Part shown: positions 25,950-36,974 of the stretch, piece by piece
Position numbering within the stretch: position 1 is the first letter of the stretch
Layout: each line of letters opens with the position of its first letter
From: Pseudovirgaria hyperparasitica
Taxonomy: Eukaryota
Assembly (NCBI GenBank): GCA_010093815.1
Contig: ML996572.1
Strand: one strand, 5' to 3'
Length of the DNA stretch: 64,000 bases
Notes under the pieces: generated by a model
What the model saw: only the letters and a program-made list of their open reading frames with translations
Told to the model about the DNA's origin: nothing
The model's database searches: none
Program-made: the position numbers and the translations under genes

Positions 25950-26036
25950 CAACAGCCAAGTGAAGACCACAAACAAGTAGACAGCCCAACAGCCAAGTGA
26001 AGACCACAAACAAGCAGATAACCCAACAGCCAAGTG
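25950..26036. repeat. 37-bp direct tandem repeat (2.3 copies) directly upstream of the GT2 start
   Basis: caacagccaagtgaagaccacaaacaag(t/c)aga(c/t)a(g/a)cc twice, plus a partial third copy caacagccaagtg. Confidence 0.9.
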
Positions 26037-26327
26037 GAAAAAATAAATCGACAGTCACAAAAGTCACAAAGAAGTACTAATTACCCCAACGCCGCCGAGA
26101 CCCCAAAAGAATATATCCAAAAACCCCGATTCCCACCACAAAAACTTCAACAAGCTCTAGATCACAGCCCCCTGGACCGAGGGCCGGGCTCGGAAGCAGT
26201 GACAGATCCGTCAGCCTGACACTCGATTCCCGCACTACTTACTGATGAAGAAACAATTTTTCTTCCTCTTCTCAGCCTTGAGCTACGGGTCCGTCTTGGC
26301 ATAGATCGGTGGTATGGAGCATGGCTG

Positions 26328-26401
26328 ATGGATGGATGGATGGATGGATGGATGGATGGATGGATGGATGGATGGATGGTTGGATGGATGGATGGATGGA
26401 T
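26328..26401. repeat. (GGAT)n microsatellite
   Basis: About 18 GGAT units with one interruption. Confidence 0.95.
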
Positions 26402-27250
26402 CGCGAGCGAGCAAAGGGCTGATCTCGGCACAAAAGGCGAGCGAGCAGGACGTGTATGTGATGCTACGTGGACCACTGAGGCTGAGCCCCAAGGCCTGGA
26501 ATGAAGAAGCGGGAGGTCCATCAGCTCCGTTCATTGCGATTTGGTGGAACGGCGCGATCGATCGATTGATGATTCGGGCATTCGAGCGTGCGCTCAAGTG
26601 CTGGAATGTGACACCAGCCAGCCGTGTTGAGGCCAGGTCAGGTCAAGTCAGGTCAGGTCAGGTCAGGGATTGGAAGTCCTCATGAATTGGATGTGGAGAC
26701 GTCGAAGACACACCCACACCATCCACCCACACCAGCCACCAATGCGGCCCAAAACCTGTCAGCCTTGCGTCAATCCGGATCGCCGTCATTCCGGGCGGGG
26801 GGTGGCCCGATCGATCGTCCCGGGCCCCGGCCGGTCTGCGAACCATGGTTCATGCACCGCAACTCGACAACAAGTCATCTTGTGGATTCGTGCATCCATC
26901 CGTATGTATCCTCGGCGTGCCATCATTGCCGCGAACTTGTGATGGATATGCTGGGTGTGTGAGATCCTGTGAGCTAGTAGGGTTTTTTGTTAAAACTGCT
27001 ACTTGATGAGGAACAGGGGCAGCAGTTCTATCGACAGGGTCAGATGTGGATTCGACAGAGAGATAGACCTTTTGGGTTGAATCGTCTATCCAGGCAGGGG
27101 GTTGTATCCATATGCCAGCGTGATAAGTACAGCATCACGGCAACACAGATCCCCTCTTCTCTTCTCTCCTCCTTTCCTCTGCCCTCCTCTCCTCTCCTCT
27201 CCCCTCCTCTCCTCTCCCCCCAACCCATCCTCCACCCTCCCCAAAACACA

Positions 27251-28753
27251 ATGCCAACCACCGCCCAAACCATCCAAACCGACCTCCACGCCCTCGAAAC
27301 CCTCCACCGCCACTCCCTCAACACCCACCTCCTCGGCCTCCGCGGCCTCCTCACCCTCCTCACAACCCTCACCTTCTTCCTCACCACCTTCGTCCCCTCC
27401 GCCGTCAAGACCGCCGACCCGTCCGCCCAAACCCCCGGGCCCCTGTACGCCACCATCCTCCGCAAGACCCTCGGCCCCCTCTTCTGGAACCAGTTCCTCC
27501 TCTACTCCTTCTTCATCTTCCTGTCTGCCCGCTCCGTCTGCATTCCCTTTCTGCATTCCCACGCCCGGCTGGATTTCGCGCGGGTTGTGTTTCAGCGCGG
27601 GGTGAGGCTGTGGACTCCTACGGCGGTGGCACTACTGTGTGCGTGGGGCGCAATGAGCAAGTGGGGGCATGTCGTCGAGCGGTTCAGGCAGCGCACGGGA
27701 AACAGCAACATGCAGCCGCTGTTCCACATCAAGGACACAGGCGTGTTCTTCAACGCGCTGTTCAACGTCTTCTGGGTCAACAAGGCGTTCTTCAATCAGG
27801 CTGCTAGCACCGCGTTTCCCGGCCAGATGCTGTGGATGGTCTCGGTCATATACCAGCAGTCGTACGTTGCCCTGAGAGTCACCCTTCCTGTAGCAAAGCC
27901 CAGAAACTGACGAGACGAACGCGTAGCTACACAGTCTACATGACCATGCTAATAACCCCCTACACGCTCCCGACCTGGCGCATCAAATCCCTAACCGCCC
28001 TCACCCTAGCCGCCTACTGGGTCCAGTCCTGGGCCTGGTACTCCATAACCGCCCTCCTCCTCTCCGACACCCTCATCAACACCTCCCTCGCCACCCACCT
28101 CCGCCGGCCCATCACGCTCAAGCTCGGCACGCGCAGACTCGGCTACTGGGCCCTCGGCCTGCCCACATGGCCGCTCTTCGTCCTTGTGATGCTGACGGGC
28201 GCCATCCTCTCGTACGTCTACGCCGCGTATCGCCCCGGGTGGACGAACAGGGAGCTTGTCGCGCACGCCGGGATGTATTATTCTGGGGGTTTGAATACGC
28301 GGCCGGATGTGCGGGAGCCGCAGGCGCGGGTGGATAATTATCTTGTTGTTGTGGGGTTTTTTGGATTGCTTGAGTCGTGTAGGGCGGTGCGGTGGTTTTG
28401 TCGGCTGCCGCTGTTTGTCTTTCTGGGGCGTCGGTCGCTTAGTATGTTTGCCGATCTTTCCCCCTATTCCCCCCCTTTTTTTCCCGTGGTGTTTGATACA
28501 TGGGTACTCATGACGATGATGACTGATACCAACAGGCTACTTCCTCACCACGCCCATCGTGCTCTACACCGCGGGCATCGGCCTGTTCGACGCGCTGCAC
28601 TTTTACAACGAGATGGGCAGAGAGGCTGCCGTGGCGGTTGTGGCTGTCATCATGGCTCCGGCTGTTGTCGCGGCGGCGGAGGTGTTTTACTGGGTTGTCG
28701 ACCGGCCGAGTATTGCGTTTGCGCGCTGGGCGTGGGCGTTTGCGACGGCGTGA
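27251..28753 (+). CDS. Multi-TM acyltransferase-3-like membrane protein, 3 exons, divergent from the GT2 gene
   Basis: HLLGLRGLL (LDGLRG-like), FFIFLSARS, FQRGVRLWTP (RxxRLxP), FPGQMLWMVSVIYQQS|YTVY, LGRRSLS|YFL, FYWVVDRPS. Resembles the C-terminal domain of the 18746-22235 gene. Confidence 0.82.
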
Positions 28754-29308
28754 TTGAGGGGGGTTGGCGTTGGAGGTGAATGATGTTGTTTAGCGCCTCT
28801 CTGTCTGTATCTCTATCGGGACGATGTCTGTGTGCGGTGCAGTGCATGTTTGGAATACGTCTTGGTGTAATGACGCTATCGTCAGAGACGGCATAACACA
28901 GCACCGTTATTCATTCGTGTATTTCTAGCAGTGTATGGGGGACTGCTTTGTCGTGGGTGCTATATGAGACGTATCGCTCGCTTTATACTCCCTAGCCCTG
29001 TCGTAGGTGGCGTGGATAGGGGTAGGGATGCGCCACCCATGACGTGTTGAGATTAGATTAGATAGGCGGATTGATTAGATGGATTAGATGGACTACCAAG
29101 CCGGAAAGGTCCCAACCTAAGTGCGTAAAGCTGGAAGGAGGCGCTGGGAGGACTGACTGGAAGATCTGTTGGACGAATGAACATGTCAGGCCGGATAAGG
29201 ACTGGATGTTGTATATATATATATACCAGCACCAGTACATAAGTAACAAACTCCACGCCCACCCCTGTCCTTTCCAAACCCCAACCCAACCCAACCCATC
29301 AAGACACG

Positions 29309-30774
29309 CTACAGAAACCACCGAAACTCCTCCCCCGCCGGCCCCTCCCTCAGCAACGCCGTACTAATCTCCCTCGCCCTCCTTGTCGTCGTCAACCCCT
29401 GCCTCCGATCCCTCCGCCGATTATCCCAGGCCATCCAGCCGCCCAGACAAAGCGTAATCAGGCCGCCGGCCGCGCCAAACGCCGCCGTCGTCGCCAGCGC
29501 AGGCGCATACCTGGGCGCATCCCTGTTCCGGAAGATGTTACTGCTCACGACGCCCATCAGGTTCGCCAGCGGGACGCCGACGGAGGTGAGGGTGACGCGG
29601 CGGCCCTCGTGCGCGACGTTGTTGTTGTACCATGTCGAGAGCAGGACCGAGGGCGCGGACGTGCCCCAGGTCATCATGAAGCAGGCAAAGTAGGCCGTCT
29701 GGACATGGCCGTGCACGTCGATGGCGGCGTAGATGATGAAGCCGGAGAAGGTGAGGAGGAAGCCGAGGGCGATGAAGGGGAAGCGGATGCGCGAGAGGTC
29801 GGAGGCGAAGGCGAGGAGGAGCAGGACGAGGGCGCCGACGATGTTTGGCGCGACGGTGTAGAGGTTTGTCTTGATGGGGCTGTAGCCGAGGCGGGCGACA
29901 ATCTGGGGCAGGAAGAGGGAGACGGACTGCAGGGGCACGCCGAGGCAGATTTCGATGGCGAGGAAGCCGTAGGTGGCGGGGGTGCGGAAGATGGCGAGGG
30001 CGTCGCGCAGGTTGAAGGGCTCGTTGACGGTCGAGGAGGAGTCTTCCTGGATGCGGGTGAAGGCGAGGTTGCGTTCTGGCTCGGAGAGGAAGCGGGCTTC
30101 GGCGGCGGAACGGGGGAGGTACCAGAATGCGAAGAGGGAGACTGCGAGGGGAGGGAGAGTGTGAGTGAGAGTGAGAGAGGAGGAAGGGCATGGAGAGGTT
30201 GCAAGGACTTACAGGCAACTGTGATGGCGCCTTCAATCAGGAAGAGATAGCGCCAGCCCGGCAGCGAGGAGTCAATGTGGAAGACGCCAAACGCAAGCAA
30301 GCCGGAAAAGGCGTTTGCGATGTTTGACGCGGCGTAGAACATGGCCAGCCGGCGTGCCAGCTCTCCTCTCCGGTAGAATGTGGTCAAGTAGTAGATGACC
30401 AAGGGGAAGAAGGCCGACTCGGCCATGCCCAGAAACCATCTCAGGGCAAAGATGCCCCCAAAGTTGTGCACACTCGCACTCAGGAGCGTCATGCTCCCGA
30501 ATGAAAACATGAGAATGGGCAGCACCCTTGCGGGGCCATACTTTTTGCCCAGAAAGGCCAGCGGCGGGGCGAAGAGCACATACGGCACGAAGAAGATGCT
30601 GAGGATGATGTTCCAGTCGGTGGGCTTGAGGTTGAGGTCCTTTTCGATGTTGCTGTCGTCGGCTGTTAGTCACGTGCTCGTGGACGTGGGATATGCCCGG
30701 GCGACATACTTTGTCTTTGCATTTCCGAGGTTGCCTTTGTCGAGGGCACTGTCGATGGATTAGTATGATGAGAT

Positions 30775-30848
<74 letters not shown>

Positions 30849-31067
30849 CAAACGTGGATGAGCGTACTTGCACAGGTACATAAAGGCCAAGACCGGCATC
30901 AGACGCACGTCAAACTTCAGGACCAGGCTCTTCTCGTGGTCGTATGTGTGGCTGGGCTGGACGTCGCCATGCCCATGCTGCTCGGGCGTGGCCGACGAGT
31001 TTACCGACTCGACCCTCTTGAGGTCGTCGTCGGCCGTGGCAGTCTTGGAGTCGTGGGTGGCTGGCAT
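29309..31067 (-). CDS. MFS transporter, anion:cation symporter family (Dal5/Tna1-like), 4 exons
   Basis: LKFDVRLMPVLAFMYLC|..LDKGNLGNAKT; LRWFLGMAESAFFP..YYLTTFYRRGELARR; FSGLLAFG; GWRYLFLIEGAITV; TNLYTVAP; WYNNN..EGRR; FRWFL*. Confidence 0.92.
30775..30848. repeat. (GAT/ATC)n microsatellite of about 24 units inside MFS intron 1
   Basis: Pure trinucleotide run lying between the GTACGC donor and the CTAAT...CAG acceptor on the minus strand. Confidence 0.95.
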
Positions 31068-31760
31068 GGCGACGAGAGATGGAAATGGACTGAAATGGAC
31101 CAAAGTCGAGCGCTGTTCATCTCAGGCCCTCTTCTCTGTATTGTGATGGATAGCATACATAACCAGGCAGTCAATCAAGGAATCACACGCCGTCTTGGCG
31201 CTTATCGATTGCAGAGGGTCGGAATAGAAGCCCGTCTCGACAAAAGACTACACCTCCACCCACTCGGCAAGGATACATCTACCCAGCAGGATCGCAATCC
31301 CGTCCGCTGACGCCCGGCATTCGCACCGAGACAACGAGGACAGCGATAAGGCGGCCGGGAGTGAGCGAGTGAGCGAGTGAATGAGAGCGTGGGTGGGTGG
31401 GTGGATGTTACCCAAGGAGCACACACACGCACCATCAGTCGCTTCATGCTTCATGCTTCATGTATGGATGGGATGGATGGGAGCATGCGGGGTTGCGGCA
31501 CAGACGCGGCGGAGACTGGCGATGAATGGGACGGATAAGGTACGAGCAGTGTTGGGACTGTGCCCGTGGACAGTGTAATTGGACAGTGTAATCAAGGTAG
31601 GTGGCTTAGGTAATAATTCTTATGTTCTAAAAACAATACCTATAATATTATACGTACCTACTAGATACGTGAGCAGACCCAAAGAAGAGAACATGAATGC
31701 TTGTTAGCTATCATAATAATAATATTCTTCACTGCTGGTTATCAAATCAGCAGGCTGGCG

Positions 31761-31827
31761 CTATCTTATCAAGCTATCAAGCTATCAAGCTATCAAGCTA
31801 TCAAGCTATCAAGCTATCAAGCTATCA
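31761..31827 (-). promoter_or_regulatory. Tandem 8-bp repeat (TATCAAGC)x7 forming an array of WGATAR sites upstream of the MFS permease
   Basis: The minus strand reads (TGATAGCT)n followed by TGATAAGATAG, about 700 bp upstream of the permease ATG. The repeat is directly seen; the regulatory role is inferred. Confidence 0.5.
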
Positions 31828-32229
31828 GGCACAGACATCCTAGTGGCCCTGGGTGCTATTCCGTACTATCAGGGGCCTGCAGCGAGGGTCCTGCATCCAC
31901 TAATTATCTAAAAAGGTAGAGCTGCATCTGCTGCTGCGGCTTGCTTGCTTGCTTGCTAGGCACGCCCACTGACTGCCTTAATTAATTACCAGACATGCTC
32001 ACTGCCCAGGAATGCTCATGCTCTCACTGTGGAGTGGGTGATGATATGTACAACAAGTATGTGGAATGGATGAAGATGGAAGTCTGTATATGGATTGTTG
32101 GGTGGGGAGAGTCAGATACAATAGACATGTCCAACACGGCCATATGTGCACATGCCCATGTGTCCACATGTCCAACAGCGCGTCACAGTTGATATGTAAG
32201 ATACAAGCGAAACCAAAGGGTGTCCAAGC

Positions 32230-32262
<33 letters not shown>

Positions 32263-32565
32263 TGAGCGTGGACGGTGTGTCCCAACAACTCTCTACATGT
32301 TGAAACGTCAGCGCCGAAAAAAGTGCCACTCCTCGCTCTCTCGCTCTGTCTATACACTCGTGTCTATCACAATTGCCTAAATAGCAAAACAAAACAACCC
32401 AAAATCCATGCAACGCCGCATCGCTTTTAGCGACTCCGTTCGCCATGCTGGTGTTGGCACTAACACCGACAAAAAGAAATCTATAGAATATGGGGGTAGG
32501 AGAGGAGACAAGGGAAAAAAAAAGGGAGAGAGTAAGTGGAAGAGAAGAGAAGAGCAGGGAGGGTA

Positions 32566-32986
32566 TCATCGAGAGTTTGCGTCAGTCTGCTTCTCCTTGC
32601 TGCTGCTGCTGCTGCTGTTGTTCTGGTGGCTGTTGTGCTGCTGCTGCATGCTGCGGATTGTGCGCATGGGTGTCCAGCTGGAGACGTTAATGTGCAGTGG
32701 CTCCTTGACTTTTGTGTTGGTGGAGAGCTTGCGCTTGCTGCGGCCGGAGACGTAGAGACTCGGCGCGGTCGAACCGGAGCCGGAGCTGGCATTGGCAAGG
32801 GAGGGCAACGAGGCCTTTGTACGCGGCTTCTTGTCGCGGTGGTGGTCGTCGTCGGACATGATGGAGTCGAGCGAGGATATGGGGAGGCTGCGTTCGGACA
32901 CGCCAGACACGCTGTGGGCCGAGATGCTGGCTTCGGACAGGCTGCGCTCCGAGTAGCTGCGCAAGGAGGAGGACTCGCCATTCTTC

Positions 32987-33041
<55 letters not shown>

Positions 33042-34398
33042 GGCTGGCGAGTGGGTGCAGGGCCGAGACGTTGGCCAGGACGTCGAGGCCGGAGAAGCGC
33101 TTGCTGGCCTCGGACTGGGTGCGTGAAGAGTATGGCGGGGGGTCGGCGTAGGAGTAGTCGTACATTATCCGCTCATCAAGGCTCTTGAAGTTTGCCTTGG
33201 CAGGGCCGTCCAGGTCGTCGTCGTGCTGCCAGCAGGCCTCGTTTGCGCCGGTGACGGCAGGCAGCCACTTGATCTCGGTCCAGCTGAGGTCGTCGTTGAT
33301 GAGGGCAATGTAGAGCAAGTCTCCCAGCAGCTTGTCGTGTGCGATGCACTGGCTGTCGATGAAGGAGTGGTCCCATTTGTTCCGGTCGAGCTGCTCGTCG
33401 GGCAGGGTGTGCAAGAGGATGCGGCCAAACGGCTCGTCTGCGGGACGATAGCCGATCAGAGGCATCCACGAACGAGCGCGTATGCACTGGCGAAAGACGG
33501 ATTCGATGGTGTTGACAAACGAGGCACTGTCGGTCCCTGAAAAGGTAATCTCCTGCTGTAGGCCACGCGAGAGACAGCGCTGGGTGGCCAGGCTGTCGTG
33601 CTCGGGAACGTAGCGCTGGGCGCGTCGCGGGATAAAGATGACGCGACAGGACCAGGTGGAGGGAGCAGTTCTTCTCTGGGTGCGTATGGGCAGATGGCGA
33701 CAGATGTCTGGCATGGGCTCTTCGACGTTTCTCTCGAGCAGAGGCGTCTCGACGACGGGAGTGAGCGATCTGGACAGCCTGCCAGCACCAGCACCAGCAC
33801 CAGCACCAGCACCAGCACCAGCACCAGCACCAGCAGCACCACCGCCGGGATCCAAACGCTCCAAGCGGTTTTCCAGGTCCATTGTCAGGTCGTCAATCAT
33901 GTCGACCTTTTTCGAGAGCAGATTGACCGAGTCCAGCTGCTCCGTCGCCTTGTCGAGCACGCTTTCGACCTTGTCGTCGAGATCAAGCTTGAGATGCTTC
34001 ATGTTTTGGTACTGCCTCGCATGCAGGCTGTTCCACGTTCTCTCAACGTCGGCATGTCTCCTGCATTCCATGGCGAATCTCTGTTCGAGTGCAGCAAGAT
34101 TGCGCCTCATTCTCTGCAGCTCTTGTACCACGCCCTGGTGTTCCTCGACCGAGACAGAAGGCAGCGGCTGGGCCTCATGGTGCCAGGCCTGATGCCCGCA
34201 ACCACACAGCGACTTGACCCGATCGTCTGGCGGGTAGAAGCTTCTACAGGAGCAGCGCTGACGGGTAGTGGCGCGGCCATTGGAGTCGGGAAGCAAGAAG
34301 GCGCATTCTCCCCGCGGTAATTGAGGATCGAGTTGAGCGGGCGAGCAGTGACGGGAGGGTATGGTGGTGGACGAGGGTTGAGCGAGGTTATTGAACAT
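32566..34398 (-). CDS. Hypothetical protein with N-terminal Cys/His cluster, coiled coil and low-complexity tracts
   Basis: Long open frame; probable start MFNNLAQP; GECAF...RCSCRSF...CGCGHQAWHH; predicted coiled coil (LDDKVESVLDK...LENRLERL); (GA)n, poly-N and poly-S tracts. Confidence 0.8.
32987..33040. repeat. (TTG/AAC)n coding microsatellite, about 18 Asn
   Basis: Pure TTG run inside the minus-strand CDS. Confidence 0.95.
33781..33840. repeat. (GCACCA)n coding hexanucleotide repeat encoding (GA)n
   Basis: About 9 tandem GCACCA units. Confidence 0.93.
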
Positions 34399-34867
34399 GT
34401 AGGACAGCGCCGCCGACAGTGGCGGTAGAGATGGGCGGCGTCGAAGGGGAAAGTGGCATTGACGGATGGATGCAACGATCAGCTTAGGGGATTTCGACGA
34501 CGGGAGACATGGGAGAGAGCGAGGGTAGAGGGATTGTGGAGTGTGGGTGTCGGTGGTGATGGGGGAGTGGAGATATAGAGGAGATTTGGCTGGGCGATAA
34601 AGCGGTCGGAGTGAAAGAGTGGAGTCGTGGTTCCCTCGCACACACACAGCCAGACCAAAACAGGGGCAGGACCAGGCAGGCGGACGGAGCCGCACAGGAG
34701 AGGGATTTGTATGAAAAGGCAAGCTTGGATGGAGGCAGACGAAGAGGAAGAAGAAGAAGGAGAAGCAGAACAAGAAGAGGAAGAAGAAAGGGGATTAAAG
34801 GAGGTAATTAGAGAAGAGGCAATTAGGTGGGGGATTGATTAATTAGTGGGAGTTTGTTGTATGGGTG

Positions 34868-34951
34868 GAGTGGTAGTAGTAGTGATGGTGGTAGTAGTGG
34901 TAGTGGTAGTAGTAGTAGTAGTAGTAGTAGTAGTAATAGTAGACGCTGTTG

Positions 34952-34984
<33 letters not shown>
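34868..34984. repeat. Adjacent (TAG/TGG)n and (TG)n microsatellites
   Basis: gtagtagta run to about 34940 and a TG run at about 34953-34984. Confidence 0.92.
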
Positions 34985-34987
<3 letters not shown>

Positions 34988-35572
34988 CTTTTGCGGGCTG
35001 TTGACTGGCTAAAGTTGGCGGGTCTGTCTACCGCGCGGGGGGCGTTGACTGGCTAAAAGTTGGCGTGAGTGGCCGCCGAGAAATGAAGAAAATAGCTGGG
35101 TAGCCGGGGTGTCTCTCTCCCCGCGTGGGAGGGTGGAACACAGCATTCTTTAGGGCACATTTAGGTTTTGGGGCACCGACAGCAGCACTGACTATTAGTT
35201 ACTACTACTAATACTACTATGTACCACTGCCCGAAGATGTCGCATTTTACAGACCTGTTGCAGTACAACTCCCCTTGCTGTCGGGATTTATTATCAATCT
35301 TGCAGTGGAGAGTGGATGATGGAGGATGGAAGATGGATGATGGGAGAATCCATCCACCATCCATCCACCATTCATGCAGACCGGGCGGGTGGCACGCAGC
35401 ACACAGCACGCAGCACACACACACACACAACCCACTCTCACTACATAATCTGTACACTGTGACTGTGGGCCCCCCACGCAATTACTATCAGCATTTCCTC
35501 GCGCGCACATAATACACACGTATGTATATATATGCATGCATGCATGGAAGCTGGGAGTCTTGGAAGTGCAGT

Positions 35573-35610
35573 GCAGGGCAGGGCAGGGCAGGGCAGGGCA
35601 GGGCAGGGCA
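35573..35610. repeat. (GCAGG)n pentanucleotide microsatellite
   Basis: About 7 tandem GCAGG units. Confidence 0.9.
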
Positions 35611-36974
35611 GTGCAGCATCCGACGTCTATGCCTGCTCCCTTCCTTCTCTATAGCATAGCTGGAGTGTATGTATGTATGTATGTATGCAGGTAGTAGATG
35701 ACGCCATAACAACAACAGAGACATGATGGATAGTAATGGTAATGGCAACAGTCATAGTCATCATGGATGCTCGCCGTGCATTACGACTATCTCGTATACG
35801 GAACACGTGCATGCTGACACATCACATGCCGCTGCTACTGCCACTACTAAGCTTGCCGGTTGCCGCTGCCGTTCCTGACCTGCCACTAGTCACTCACTAG
35901 TCATCCACTAGCCGCTCACTAGTCAGGGCCGCCGTCCTTAGTCAGCACTGCAGCCTCAGGCATCTTACTTGTCGACATTCATCATTTCGCGCACTCCATC
36001 ATCGCACCTCGCGCTCTCCTTCCTGCATCACCAATCTACTCCTATATCATCCTCTATCTAATTTCATATAAACATATATATATATATAGTCAACATCTAG
36101 TATATTTACTCCCTTTCCTACTATCCACTTCATTACTCACTCGACCCCTGCTATTTATGCCCTCATTCCTGCTCCCCCCCACGCCGCCGCCCATTCCGAA
36201 CCTTATCTGCCTCCTTGCCACCTCTTCCCACTCTCTCCCCATTCACTTTACTTGTTTGTCCATCCTCGTCATTCCAAATAACCACTACTACTCCACATCC
36301 ATCACCACTTAATCAGCCCTCCCGCTGCCCGCCTCAAGCCATATCCGTCCTCTACGCTTGTCGCCCGTCTGTGTGTAAACACCGCCAATTCCTGATCTTG
36401 TTTGTTCCTGCATTTGCCCCTCCCTCCAATCACCGTCTCCTGATCACATTCACAACTCACGCACTCGCCCATTTGCCCTCTTCATTAATCCTCTTTCCCA
36501 TCCTCCCATCCCAGCATGCCATGCCCCATCTACCATCTCTCTCCATCTTGCTCTCTCGCCAATCTACATGGCGCACACACTCGACTTTCATTCTAGCTCT
36601 ACGCTCCTGCACGCGAGTCAGGCGCTTGTACGTGCATGCATCACCCGCCGCCCGCTCCATCTTACGAGATGCCATCTGCAAATCTCTTTTTTCCCAATCG
36701 CATGCCTTGCCTAGGCTGCATCTCCACTCACATGTTTCTCGTCGGAACTTTCGTAGATTTAAATTGTGACAAAACGTTGATCAACAAAGCTAACTACTCT
36801 AGCCAAGCTCTGCTAGGACGGCTAAGCAACCTCCAAGCCCTCAAGTCAGCGGCGGGATGACATAACACCCTGCTGTCAAAGCCCTTCCACAACATATGCA
36901 ACCCCCGAACAAACACTCTCTATCCACCGTCTCACAACCCTAACCACCCCTTTTCCACTGCATTCCCCACCACC

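Noticed and set aside
25950..26036. CRISPR-like repeat
   Set aside because: Eukaryotic context, head-to-tail repeats with no unique spacers, and no cas genes.
26162..26685. ORFs with IHPS / MDGW repeats
   Set aside because: Translation artefacts of the (GGAT)n microsatellite.
30666..31310. Poly-His and poly-Met proteins
   Set aside because: The (CAT)n tract lies inside an MFS intron with clear donor, branch point and acceptor.
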